A stretch of DNA of 64,000 bases from Chloroflexota bacterium (GTDB lineage: Bacteria > Chloroflexota > Dehalococcoidia > SHYB01): assembly GCA_016875535.1 (NCBI GenBank), contig VGPF01000004.1, forward strand, positions 1,588 through 65,587, written 5' to 3'. The position numbers and the translations under genes are program-made. The notes under the pieces are model-generated. The model was not told the DNA's origin, made no database searches, and saw only the letters and a list, made by a program, of their open reading frames with translations. This document shows positions 1 to 8,340 of this stretch, piece by piece; within the stretch, counting starts at the first letter, position 1, and every line of letters begins with the position of its first letter.

Positions 1-192
1 GCACAGGTGGTGATGGATCGCGATACCAACCGCTCGAAGGGCTTCGGCTTCGTTGAGATGCCCGAGTCCTCCGAGGCGGCTGCCGCCATCAAGGCCATGA
101 ACGGCAAAGATATGGGCGGCCGTCCCCTCACCGTCAACGAGGCCCGCCCCCGCGAAGAGCGCGGCGGCGGTTCCTTCCGCAAGCGCTACTAA
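1..192 (+). CDS. RNA-binding protein with RRM domain (5'-truncated at window edge)
   Basis: RNP-1 motif KGFGFVEM plus C-terminal RGG-like tail. Reading frame is open from base 1. A strong terminator follows. Confidence 0.75.
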   Translation, partial: AQVVMDRDTNRSKGFGFVEMPESSEAAAAIKAMNGKDMGGRPLTVNEARPREERGGGSFRKRY

Positions 193-207
193 ACCGGCGC
201 CGCACGA

Positions 208-250
208 ATCAAAAAACCGCCCCGGGTGCCGGCCTGGGGCGGTTTTTTTT
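208..250 (+). terminator. Rho-independent terminator (CCGCCCCGG...CCGGGGCGG followed by T9)
   Basis: Perfect GC-rich stem followed by ttttttttt immediately after the RRM gene stop. Confidence 0.8.
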
Positions 251-624
251 TGCTCTTCCCGATGGCGTCGGTCCCGGCCTACGTCTTCCTCTTCCCCATC
301 AGCCGCTTCATCAGGTCCTTCGGCGCCAAGGGCAAAGAGACCGGCCGGCTCGATCAGCCGCGCGGCGTGGCCGTGGACGCCAACGGCTACCTCTACGTGG
401 CCGATACGGGGAACCACCGCGTCCAAGTCTTCAATGATGAGGGCGAGGTGGTGATGGTCCTGGGCGGCCTGGGCAGCGGGCGCGGCAAGCTGCGCCGGCC
501 AAGCGGCGTGGCCGTGGACGCCCAGGGCAACATCTACGTGGCGGACGCCCTCAACGACCGCATCCAAAAGTTCGTGCCCATGCGGCCGATGGAGTCCGCC
601 GCGGCGGAAGCCAAGGCAATCTAG
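226..624 (+). CDS. NHL-repeat protein fragment (2 NHL repeats; start uncertain, possibly M at 262)
   Basis: Two repeats of G..G.G.F..P.GVAVD..G.lYVAD..N.RvQ.F. High GC3 codon bias. Only ~120 aa, and the annotated start overlaps the upstream terminator, so it is likely truncated or a remnant. Confidence 0.35.
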   Translation: MPAWGGFFLLFPMASVPAYVFLFPISRFIRSFGAKGKETGRLDQPRGVAVDANGYLYVADTGNHRVQVFNDEGEVVMVLGGLGSGRGKLRRPSGVAVDAQGNIYVADALNDRIQKFVPMRPMESAAAEAKAI

Positions 625-665
625 GCGGGCGGGGGCGGGTATTGAAAGCCGAAGCTTTCTAGCCT

Positions 666-697
666 ATCGGCGACCGACTCTTCAGTGCTAGAGTCGG
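666..697. repeat. Perfect 12-bp inverted repeat GCGACCGACTCT-(8 nt)-AGAGTCGGTCGC
   Basis: Read directly. Lies in a lower-GC spacer between the NHL fragment and fic. No U-tract follows, so it is not a canonical terminator. Confidence 0.6.
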
Positions 698-766
698 TCG
701 CATTAGCATCGGCAAAGCTGCTTACATTCTTCCTGGATGCCTGGAGGTTGATTTGTCGCAGTAGGT

Positions 767-779
767 ATGATAGTATCAT
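767..779. promoter_or_regulatory. Palindrome ATGATAgTATCAT overlapping the putative -10 region upstream of fic (possible operator)
   Basis: Perfect 6-1-6 inverted repeat in an AT-rich stretch 17 nt upstream of the fic ATG at 796. Confidence 0.3.
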
Positions 780-795
780 TTTTATCTAAAAAGAT

Positions 796-1869
796 ATGAA
801 TGATAAAATCTTCGCGCCACAATTTCACACGACGGCTCAACTCAAATCCAGCCTAGAAGACATCGAACGAAACCAGTGGCTCATTGAGCGAGTGCTCATC
901 ATGCCCAAGCATGAGGCTTGGGTGCGACGCGATGTGGCTGTGCGGCGCGCCACCGGCACAACGCGCATCGAAGGCGCTGCCCTAGACCAGCGCCAGGTAG
1001 CAGAGCTCGCACGCCGCACCCAGCCCGCAAAACTGAGCGAAGATGAAGCCGCGAACGTCAACGCCCTCGAGACCTATGAGTGGATTGACTATCTCAGCGG
1101 CCAGCAGGACATCCCGATGGATGAGTTTGTCATCCGGGAGATCAATCGGCACTTCCTGCGCGGCGCTTCAGAGATGCTGACGCCCGGCGTCTACCGCAAG
1201 GGACAGAATCACATCGGCAGCTTCCTGCCACCGGACCAGGGCGATGTGCCCGACCTGATGCGCGCATTCGGCTTGTGGCTCCGCCAAGAACCGGGCGATC
1301 TCAACCCTGTCTCGCGCGCCGCCATCGCCCACCTGCACTTCGTCGCCATCCACCCGTTCTGGGACGGCAACGGCCGGACTGCTCGCGGGCTCGCCACGTT
1401 GATCCTTCAGCGGTCGCGCTTCAGCTTCCACAAGCTCCTCTCTCTGGAGTACCGCTTCTACGAGCGCAGAGAGGCCTACCAGTCCGTCATCGCCGGAGCG
1501 GTCGGAACACGCTTCTCGCTCACTTATGATGCGACTCCCTTCGTTGAGTTCTTCGCGGCAGAGCTCGCGGGCCATGTCCAGGACCTTGTGAACTCCCTTA
1601 CCGATTGGCACCGCCGGATCGCGGAGCTGCATGGGCGCTTGGAGCGAGAGCATGCCGGACTCAACCCTCGTCAGATAGATGGGCTCATCTACGCCCTGCA
1701 AACGGGAGAACTGCGGCCGGCCGACTATAAGGAAATCACCAAGGCATCCGATGTGACATGCTCGCGGGATCTTGCGGGCCTGGTGAAGGCCGGCCTCCTC
1801 GCCGCCGAAGGCCGCACGCGAGGGCGGGTCTATAAAGTGGTGCGGAGTCAAGGGAAACAAAGGACGTAG
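796..1869 (+). CDS. Fic/DOC family protein (AMPylation/filamentation domain)
   Basis: Canonical Fic motif HPFWDGNGRTARG (HPFx[D/E]GNGR). Length 357 aa. Confidence 0.9.
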   Translation: MNDKIFAPQFHTTAQLKSSLEDIERNQWLIERVLIMPKHEAWVRRDVAVRRATGTTRIEGAALDQRQVAELARRTQPAKLSEDEAANVNALETYEWIDYLSGQQDIPMDEFVIREINRHFLRGASEMLTPGVYRKGQNHIGSFLPPDQGDVPDLMRAFGLWLRQEPGDLNPVSRAAIAHLHFVAIHPFWDGNGRTARGLATLILQRSRFSFHKLLSLEYRFYERREAYQSVIAGAVGTRFSLTYDATPFVEFFAAELAGHVQDLVNSLTDWHRRIAELHGRLEREHAGLNPRQIDGLIYALQTGELRPADYKEITKASDVTCSRDLAGLVKAGLLAAEGRTRGRVYKVVRSQGKQRT

Positions 1870-1887
1870 GCAACCACGCTTTCCCTC

Positions 1888-2643
1888 TCACGCCTCTTCG
1901 CGCTCCTCCTTCGCCGTGAAGCGCAGGCCCACCACGCGCCCGATCTCTGCGTAAGCGAACTTCCGCGCCAGCATCGTGTAGCGCCGCGATATCGCCTCCG
2001 CGTGGAAGGCGCTGCGGCACGCCACCACCAGCGTCGCGATCTGGTCGCCGCTGCGCTCGTCGGCGATGCTCACGGCTCTCGCTTCGCTGAAGTACATCTC
2101 AAAGCTCTGGATCGGGACCTCCTCCTTCAGCCGCTCCCGGATCTTCTCCCACAGCGCTGCACAAGTCACTCGCTCGCCTTTGAGGTTCACGATAGTAGGT
2201 TCCTTGGAAGGTTCCCTGGAAGATTCAATACTATGGGGGTGACGCTCTGCCGCCCCTGCATGACTCTCCGACGCCCCAGCCTGCTCCTCCGCCGCGCCCC
2301 CTCCCGTCGCAGCGACGCTCTCTCCCGTCGCGCCGTCGCCAGGAGGCGGCGCAGCGACGCCCTCCCGCGGCGGCGCATGGATGGGCAGGATGTAGAAGTT
2401 GGAGCTGTGCGACCCATCGGCCCGGCGGCGGCCGTCGCATTGGATGATGCCTTCGGCGATGAGCTGCTTGAGGGAGCGCTGCACCGTGCGGCGGTTCATC
2501 TCCAGCCGCCCGGCCAGTTCAAGGATGCCGGGCCAGCAGACGCCGCGCGCATCGGCGTGGTCGGCCAGGGCCAGCAGGACGGCCTTCGCTGTCGCGCTGC
2601 CCGCCCGCTGCTTCCATGCCCACTGCATCGCCGCGCCGCTCAT
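1888..2643 (-). CDS. Phage/plasmid replication-initiator-like protein: N-terminal winged HTH plus C-terminal DnaA-N-like domain
   Basis: N-terminus AKAVLLALADHADARGVCWPGILELAGRLEMNRRTVQRSLKQL is a typical replisome-organizer HTH. C-terminus ALWEKIRERLKEEVPIQSFEMYFSEARAVSIADER resembles the DnaA N-terminal helicase-interaction domain. Confidence 0.55.
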   Translation of the reverse strand: MSGAAMQWAWKQRAGSATAKAVLLALADHADARGVCWPGILELAGRLEMNRRTVQRSLKQLIAEGIIQCDGRRRADGSHSSNFYILPIHAPPREGVAAPPPGDGATGESVAATGGGAAEEQAGASESHAGAAERHPHSIESSREPSKEPTIVNLKGERVTCAALWEKIRERLKEEVPIQSFEMYFSEARAVSIADERSGDQIATLVVACRSAFHAEAISRRYTMLARKFAYAEIGRVVGLRFTAKEEREEA

Positions 2644-2847
2644 CCTATTTCCCTTCCTCCTAGCACAACTGTCGTAACTGAACGATCGAACAACCTAACC
2701 TCCCGATGCGGAATCTAAGAGAAAGTCACTTGGTTAGCTTGGGCAATTGCGTTCGAAGTAGTCAGCAAAACGTCCCTCTCGAGCAGCGCCATCCCGATGG
2801 CGTGAGCTCGTCTTCGAGCTACGTGAGGGATTGAGGGAGAGGTCTCC

Positions 2848-3060
2848 CTACCCCAGCCCGTTCACCGCTTTGATCACCGCCCCGATCTCCACGCTCTCCA
2901 CCGTCTGCTCATAGAGCGTCTTGCTGTCCGCCACCGCCTCGTCAACCTCCTGCAGACGGAAGGTCGCCTCGTCCTGCCCGTTCACCGGGGAGACGCGCAT
3001 CCACGTATTCAGTTTCCGCTGGCCCATGTGGTTCTCTTTGATGATCACCGTGTAGGACAT
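2848..3060 (-). CDS. Hypothetical small protein (70 aa)
   Basis: Strong RBS AGGAAAGGAG upstream of the ATG at 3060. Part of a co-directional small-gene array. Confidence 0.5.
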   Translation of the reverse strand: MSYTVIIKENHMGQRKLNTWMRVSPVNGQDEATFRLQEVDEAVADSKTLYEQTVESVEIGAVIKAVNGLG

Positions 3061-3103
3061 CTCGCTCCTTTCCTGCGGGCGACCATGCAAGATCGCCCTT
3101 CCA

Positions 3104-3355
3104 TCAGGTCCGCTCGCTCCTGCCCGCTGCCTCCATCTGCGCGACCTGCGGCTCCATCTTCCGCTCCGCCTCCTCCAGCGCCCCCCGCGCGCTGAGCAGC
3201 TCTTCGAACAGCTCCCGGCGTTCCTTGCGGAAGGCCTCCAGCGCCGCTTCGAAGGCCGCGTTATAGGCCGCCTCCGCCCGGGCCAGCCGCGCCTTCGCCC
3301 GGCAATAGGCCCGCAGCATCGTCTCCGCCTCGCTCAATCCTTCGCGCCACTGCAT
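3104..3355 (-). CDS. Hypothetical coiled-coil protein (83 aa)
   Basis: Ala/Glu-rich heptad-like sequence. In the operon array with its neighbours. Confidence 0.45.
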   Translation of the reverse strand: MQWREGLSEAETMLRAYCRAKARLARAEAAYNAAFEAALEAFRKERRELFEELLSARGALEEAERKMEPQVAQMEAAGRSERT

Positions 3356-3373
3356 CAGGGATCTCGCCTTTCG

Positions 3374-3694
3374 CTAATTCCGCGGCATCGTTCCCGGGCG
3401 GTAGGCTATTGCATCACGCACCGCCCAGGCGGAGTGCTCAACGTCCTCAACTTCGCTCCACGCCCGATCCGCCCTGGCGATGCCCTCAGGCCCAAGCTCC
3501 TCCGCGATGGCGGCCTTCACCCGCCCTGCGATGGCCAGCCAGTGCTCGAACATGGAGACCACCACCGGGTCCAAGCAGGGCAGAACGGCCAGGAGCGCAT
3601 ACCGGCGGGCGTCGATCTCCCACTGCCGCACCGCGTTGTAGTTCACCACCAGCACGAGTTCGGCGCTCATGCCGCAGCGTGGCTCGCCGAACAT
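3374..3694 (-). CDS. Hypothetical protein (106 aa)
   Basis: Excellent RBS AAGGAGGTG placed 8 nt before the ATG. Stop/start overlap (ATGA-type) with the upstream gene. Confidence 0.55.
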   Translation of the reverse strand: MFGEPRCGMSAELVLVVNYNAVRQWEIDARRYALLAVLPCLDPVVVSMFEHWLAIAGRVKAAIAEELGPEGIARADRAWSEVEDVEHSAWAVRDAIAYRPGTMPRN

Positions 3695-3696
3695 CG

Positions 3697-3966
3697 CTAC
3701 GCCACCTCCTTGCCCAGGATCTCCCGCTTGAAGCGGCGATCGCTCACCGCCTTGCGGCTCACCAGGTGCCGCTGGAGCGCGCGCATCGCCGCCTCATCCC
3801 AGGCCAGGGGCCCGCGGCGGCGCAGGCTGGCGCCCGTGGCCCGGTCCACCGGGCCGGAGCAGGAGGCGCACGTCACCTCCACGCCCGAAGGGTGCCGGGC
3901 GATGAAGATGGCGTTCCCGCAGCAGGAGCTGCGCACCGAGCAATCGAAGTGGGCGTAGGGCTCCAT
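3697..3966 (-). CDS. Cys-rich small protein (zinc-ribbon-like), first gene of the array divergent from the repressor
   Basis: C-x6-CC ... C-x2-C-x2-C pattern. RBS GAGAGGAG. Sits in the position a Cro/antirepressor would occupy. Confidence 0.5.
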   Translation of the reverse strand: MEPYAHFDCSVRSSCCGNAIFIARHPSGVEVTCASCSGPVDRATGASLRRRGPLAWDEAAMRALQRHLVSRKAVSDRRFKREILGKEVA

Positions 3967-4117
3967 CGCGCTCCTCTCGGTTCAAATACATGTCTAGTCA
4001 TCTATGGCTTATCGTAACTCCTGATGCCTAGTTGCCGTCAATGGGCGGATGGCGTACACTCGTAGCCACTTTGTATCACCATAGCTAGCCTCTGCTGGCT
4101 ATCACAGGAGCATAACG
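3967..4117. promoter_or_regulatory. Divergent promoter/operator region between the CI-like repressor and the small-gene array
   Basis: 150-bp spacer with short inverted repeats (ATAGCtagcc...ggGCTAT). Lambda-like immunity-region architecture. No operator consensus identified. Confidence 0.35.
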
Positions 4118-4747
4118 ATGGGAACACGGAAGAAGCTGCCGCAACGGGGTAAAGGGACCACCTTGGGCCAGCGCCTGCGCGAGGCGCGCCTGGCCCGCAA
4201 GCTCACCCAGCAGGAGGCGGGCGGTAAGACCAACCTCGCCAACATGTCCATCTCCCGCTACGAGCGCGACGCCGTGGAGCCCGGCCTCGACGCCCTCAAC
4301 CGCCTGGCCACCATCTACAAGGTCTCCGTGGACAGCCTCATCAAGGGCACCAACTTCCGCACCCCCCAGTTCGCCGGCGAGATCCCCATCCGCGGCTGGG
4401 TCGCCGCAGGCACCCCGCGCGAGGCCTACGAGCAGGACCTCGGCTCCATCACCGTCCCCGATTTCTTCCGCCTCGATTCGCCCAAATGCTTCGCCCTCAC
4501 CGTCTCCGGCGACTCCCTGGAAGGCGACGGCATCCGCAACGGCGACTTCCTCGTCGTGGACCCGGACGCCTCCGTCAAGCAGGGCGCCATCTTCATCGTC
4601 CGCGTCGGCGAAGAATTCGTCGCGCGTCACCTGCACATCGAAGAGGGCCACGTCCGCCTGCGGGCCGCCAACAAGAAGTACGAGGACATGAAGGCCTCCA
4701 GCGTCCAGTTCGTCGGGCGCGTCATCGGCCACATCAGGAAACTGTAG
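4118..4747 (+). CDS. CI/LexA-like repressor: XRE-family HTH plus S24 peptidase (self-cleaving)
   Basis: HTH 'TQQEAGGKTNLANMSISRYERD'. Ala-Gly cleavage site (VAAGTP). Ser nucleophile in SGDSL and Lys in ANKKY. Confidence 0.85.
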   Translation: MGTRKKLPQRGKGTTLGQRLREARLARKLTQQEAGGKTNLANMSISRYERDAVEPGLDALNRLATIYKVSVDSLIKGTNFRTPQFAGEIPIRGWVAAGTPREAYEQDLGSITVPDFFRLDSPKCFALTVSGDSLEGDGIRNGDFLVVDPDASVKQGAIFIVRVGEEFVARHLHIEEGHVRLRAANKKYEDMKASSVQFVGRVIGHIRKL

Positions 4748-4845
4748 GCGGCTTGAGCCAAGTCCATGGACATTTCGATGGACAATGTCCACTTGCTATG
4801 ATGCGCGCCAACCTCAGCCTCATGGACCCGTCCGCCGAGTAGCCC

Positions 4846-5268
4846 ATGCTCCGCATCCACACCGCCATCGAGATCGCCGCTCCACCGGAGCGCATCTGGC
4901 ACGAGATCACGTCCCTGGACCAATGGGCCCAGTGGAACCCCATCATGACCCGCGCCTCCGGCGTCGTGGCCGTCGGTCGGCGCGTGAAGGTCTACATCGC
5001 GCCCGTCACTTACAAGGTGCGCGTCACCGAAGTCGTCCCAAACAGAGTCTTCCGCTGGGTGGGCAAGCGCCTCATCCAGGGCTTCATGGACGGCGGGCAC
5101 GCCTTCCTCATCACGCCCCTGGAGGGCGGCCGCGTGCGCCTGGAGCACACGGAGCAGTTCACCGGCATGCTGGTGCCACTCTTGAACCTCGTGGGCCTGG
5201 GGCGCATCACCCGCAACGGCTTCGAGAAGATGAACGCCGCCCTCAAGCGGCGCTGCGAAGGCCCGTAG
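4846..5268 (+). CDS. SRPBCC (polyketide cyclase/dehydrase-like) family protein
   Basis: Sequence pattern typical of the SRPBCC ligand-binding fold, ~140 aa. Confidence 0.6.
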   Translation: MLRIHTAIEIAAPPERIWHEITSLDQWAQWNPIMTRASGVVAVGRRVKVYIAPVTYKVRVTEVVPNRVFRWVGKRLIQGFMDGGHAFLITPLEGGRVRLEHTEQFTGMLVPLLNLVGLGRITRNGFEKMNAALKRRCEGP

Positions 5269-5271
5269 CCG

Positions 5272-5532
5272 CTACCGCCCGCCGTCCTTGAACTTCACCT
5301 TCATCCACAGGATGGCACCCGCAAGCGCCAGTGTCGCCGCGTTCGCCAGGATGATCGGCAGCGAGGCCTTCACCACGCCGTAGATAAGCCACAGCGCGAC
5401 GCCCATGACAAAGATGGCGTACATCCACAGCGAGACGTCCTTCGCCGACCGCTTGCGCCAGATCTCCGCCACCTGGGGCACAAAGGCCGCCGTCGTCAGC
5501 ACGCCCGCCAGAAAGCCGATCGCAGACTCCAT
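5272..5532 (-). CDS. SemiSWEET-type (PQ-loop) small membrane transporter
   Basis: ~86 aa, three predicted TM helices, PQ motif in TM1 (FVPQVAEIW). Confidence 0.6.
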   Translation of the reverse strand: MESAIGFLAGVLTTAAFVPQVAEIWRKRSAKDVSLWMYAIFVMGVALWLIYGVVKASLPIILANAATLALAGAILWMKVKFKDGGR

Positions 5533-5614
5533 AGCGCCGCCTTTCGAACGCACTCGCTACAGATTGTAATGGAAGGCGAAGAACTCCATTTGCACCCTGT
5601 GCTACCATCGTCCG

Positions 5615-7075
5615 ATGTGGAAGCTGCTGCTCGCAGTCTCCTTCGTCGCGGCCCTCCTCCTATCGGGCGCCCTCACCCATGCCCAGGGCAAACAGCCATC
5701 CCTGAGCATCACTGCACCTCGGCCAGGCAGCGTGCAGGCCAAGGCCGATGTTGAAATCAAGTTCAAGGCCGCGAACTTCAAGCTCGATGGCAAGTCCATC
5801 GGGGCCGGCAACAAGGCCGGCACCGGGCACATCGTCGTCTCCGTCAACGGCGTCGAGTTGACCCGCACCGCAAAGACCAGCATCAAAATCACGAGGCTTG
5901 ATGCAGGGGAGCACACCGTCACTGCCGCCCTCAGCAACAACGACCTCTCGCCGCTCGCGTCCCCCGTTGAAGCGAGTGTCACCTTCTCCTACCAACCGCC
6001 TGCCTCCGCAAAAGCAAGCTCCGGCTCGCTTGTGGTCCGGCCCACGCCGACCCTCACACCGACGCCAACCGCCACGCCGACGCCGACAGCGACTCCAACC
6101 CCAACACCGACCGTCACACCGACGCCGACACCGACGCCCACACCCACTCCAACACCGCCTCCCACTCCAACGCCCACGCCGACGCCAACACGAACGCCCA
6201 CGCCGACACCATCACCAACCCCCTCGATCTCTCAGGTCGCGTCGCGCTCACGGCCTGCCGTCGTGCGAATCAACGCGAGTGGCGCCAGCGGCAGCGGCTT
6301 CATCTTTGAGATTGACCGCGCTTCGGGTTCCGCCCTGGTTATGACCAATCAGCATGTCATCAGAGGAGCCCTCTCCTTGCGCGTCACGGTGAACGACAGC
6401 GACCAATACACGGCGACGCTCATCGGCGAGGACGCCTTCCGCGACCTTGCCGTCCTTCGCATTTGCTGTTCACCATCCTTCCAAGCCGCCGCCATCGTCC
6501 CCGATATCGGGATAGACCCAGGCGCTCCCGTCTTCACGCTTGGCTACCCGGTGAGCTTGCCGGGTCAGTCCACCCTCACCAACGGTATCCTGACGGCGAC
6601 GCGCTTCGATACTGCCTCGGACAGCTGGCTCATCCAGACCGATGCCGAAGTCAACCCAGGCAACAGCGGTGGGCCGCTCTTCCTCCTCGCCACCGGCGAA
6701 GTCATCGGCGTGGTCACGTCGCGCACCACCACCTCTGCCGATGGTCGTCCGGTCTTCGGCATCGGCTTCGCCGTCATGGGACGCACCGTTCTCGAGCGAT
6801 TACCTTCTCTCCGTTCAGGCGCCACGGCGCCCACGCCTGTGCCCACGCCGACCCCTACGCCGAACCCCCTGCCAAGCTCGGGCTTCGGCCCGGTCAGCGG
6901 CTCCCTGGCCCATTCCACAACAGCCGTCGCCAACGCCCTCGCCGGCATCGTGACAAGAGACGGCCTCGTTTCAGCGACCTTCACCGTTCCCTATACCGGC
7001 AGCACTGCGAACGGTTGGGACTTCGGCTTCTTCTTGCGATACACTGCCGCCACGGCAAATACCGCTAGCTCCTAG
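5615..7075 (+). CDS. Secreted trypsin-like S1 serine protease with Pro/Thr-rich linker
   Basis: Signal peptide. (PT)n linker. Catalytic motifs TNQHV, DLAVLRI and GNSGGPLF. Confidence 0.85.
   Translation: MWKLLLAVSFVAALLLSGALTHAQGKQPSLSITAPRPGSVQAKADVEIKFKAANFKLDGKSIGAGNKAGTGHIVVSVNGVELTRTAKTSIKITRLDAGEHTVTAALSNNDLSPLASPVEASVTFSYQPPASAKASSGSLVVRPTPTLTPTPTATPTPTATPTPTPTVTPTPTPTPTPTPTPPPTPTPTPTPTRTPTPTPSPTPSISQVASRSRPAVVRINASGASGSGFIFEIDRASGSALVMTNQHVIRGALSLRVTVNDSDQYTATLIGEDAFRDLAVLRICCSPSFQAAAIVPDIGIDPGAPVFTLGYPVSLPGQSTLTNGILTATRFDTASDSWLIQTDAEVNPGNSGGPLFLLATGEVIGVVTSRTTTSADGRPVFGIGFAVMGRTVLERLPSLRSGATAPTPVPTPTPTPNPLPSSGFGPVSGSLAHSTTAVANALAGIVTRDGLVSATFTVPYTGSTANGWDFGFFLRYTAATANTASS
6046..6232 (+). 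repeat. Tandem PT-encoding low-complexity repeat (ACNCCNACNCCG)n
   Basis: Read directly. Similar PT tracts occur at ~10390-10640 (minus-strand lipoprotein) and ~23650-23770. Confidence 0.8.
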
Positions 7076-7399
7076 TACGCCGTCGTCGTTGATGACCGCT
7101 TCCAGTGGTATCTCCTCATCCGCACCGCTAGTGGGACCACAGGCACAGCAACGCTCGTTACACGCGGCGTCTTTTCCACCCTCACCCGCTTCGGCCTCGC
7201 CGCAGGCTCCCAGAACACCGTCTCCGTTGACTTCCGCGGCAACTCCGGCCGCCTCCTCGTGAACGATGTCTTTGTCGCGAATCTGGACTTGAGCCAGCGA
7301 ACCGCCTCCGGCGATGTCGGCGTGCTCACCGGCTTTTTCGATATAGATGCGCGCCCTGGCGTCTCTACGGTCTACTCCAACTTCCGTCTCGCGCCGTAG
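7076..7399 (+). other. In-frame continuation of the protease ORF after a TAG stop at 7073-7075 (107 codons, beta-sandwich-like domain)
   Basis: Same frame, high GC3. The sequence ...[40 protein letters not shown]... reads as a single domain cut by the amber codon. Confidence 0.5.
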
Positions 7400-7486
7400 T
7401 CATAGAGGCCCCCCCTGCCCATCTCGCTCCGAAACTCCCTCCCTCCCCTCTTGACATCCTCTCCTCATTTCCATATATTTAGAAAT

Positions 7487-7795
7487 ATGAAAGCGCTCAC
7501 TCTCCTGCCCGCCCATGAGACCCTCCTCAAAGAGGAGCACGTCGAGGCCTTCAAGGCCCTCGCCCACGAAACGCGCATGCGCGTCTTCGTCCATCTGGTG
7601 CGCGCCGATCGCGAGGCGCCCGCAGGCGAGATCCAAGAGACCCTCGGCGTCCCCGGACCCACCCTCTCCCACCACCTGGACCTCCTCCGCAGGGCGGGCC
7701 TCATCCAGAGCCGGCAGGAGGAGCGCTACATCTACTACTCGGTCAAACGCGAGACAGTGCAGGAATTAGTTCGGTTGCTTACCGCTTGCTGCTAA
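7487..7795 (+). CDS. ArsR/SmtB family metalloregulator
   Basis: Winged-HTH signature (HETRMRVFVHLV...GEIQETLGVPGPTLSHHLDLLRRAGL). C-terminal CC. Confidence 0.8.
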   Translation: MKALTLLPAHETLLKEEHVEAFKALAHETRMRVFVHLVRADREAPAGEIQETLGVPGPTLSHHLDLLRRAGLIQSRQEERYIYYSVKRETVQELVRLLTACC

Positions 7796-7806
7796 AAGGA
7801 GGACCC

Positions 7807-8319
7807 ATGCCCGCGCGCATCCATATCCACATCCATAGTGACGACCTCGCCAAGAGCAAGGACTTCTACGAGAAGTTCTTCGGCGTCAAGCCCGTCAAGG
7901 ACCTGGCCGACTACGTCAAGTTCCTTCCCGATTTCGCTCCCGTCAACCTCGCCATCTCCGGCGGCTCCCTGGAGGCCGAAGGCGCCCGGCAGGTCAGCCA
8001 CGTCGGCGTCCAGCTCGATTCCTCCGAAGAGGTCTTCGAGCAGATGCAGCGCGTCAAGGCCACCGGCCTCAAGGTGCGCGACGAGATCAGCGTGAACTGT
8101 TGCCACGCCAACCAGGACAAGTTCTGGGTCCGCGACCCCAGCGGCATTGACTGGGAGGTCTATCACCTCAACTACGACCTTGACCCCATCGAAGAGAAGA
8201 AGATGGGCATGGCCAAGCGCGGCAAGCTGATCGGCCTCACCACTATGGCTCCCGCCGCAGGCTGCTGCCCCACGCCTCCGGCCCGCAGCCGCACGGAGCG
8301 GCACGAGACCCACGCCTAG
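7807..8319 (+). CDS. VOC (glyoxalase-like) family metal(loid)-resistance protein, ArsI/CadI-like
   Basis: VOC fold with vicinal Cys pairs (VNCCHANQD and CCPTPP). Start overlaps the arsR stop and is preceded by RBS AAAGGAGGA. Confidence 0.55.
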   Translation: MPARIHIHIHSDDLAKSKDFYEKFFGVKPVKDLADYVKFLPDFAPVNLAISGGSLEAEGARQVSHVGVQLDSSEEVFEQMQRVKATGLKVRDEISVNCCHANQDKFWVRDPSGIDWEVYHLNYDLDPIEEKKMGMAKRGKLIGLTTMAPAAGCCPTPPARSRTERHETHA

Positions 8320-8340
8320 TCCCCGCGATCGTCGGCGTCG

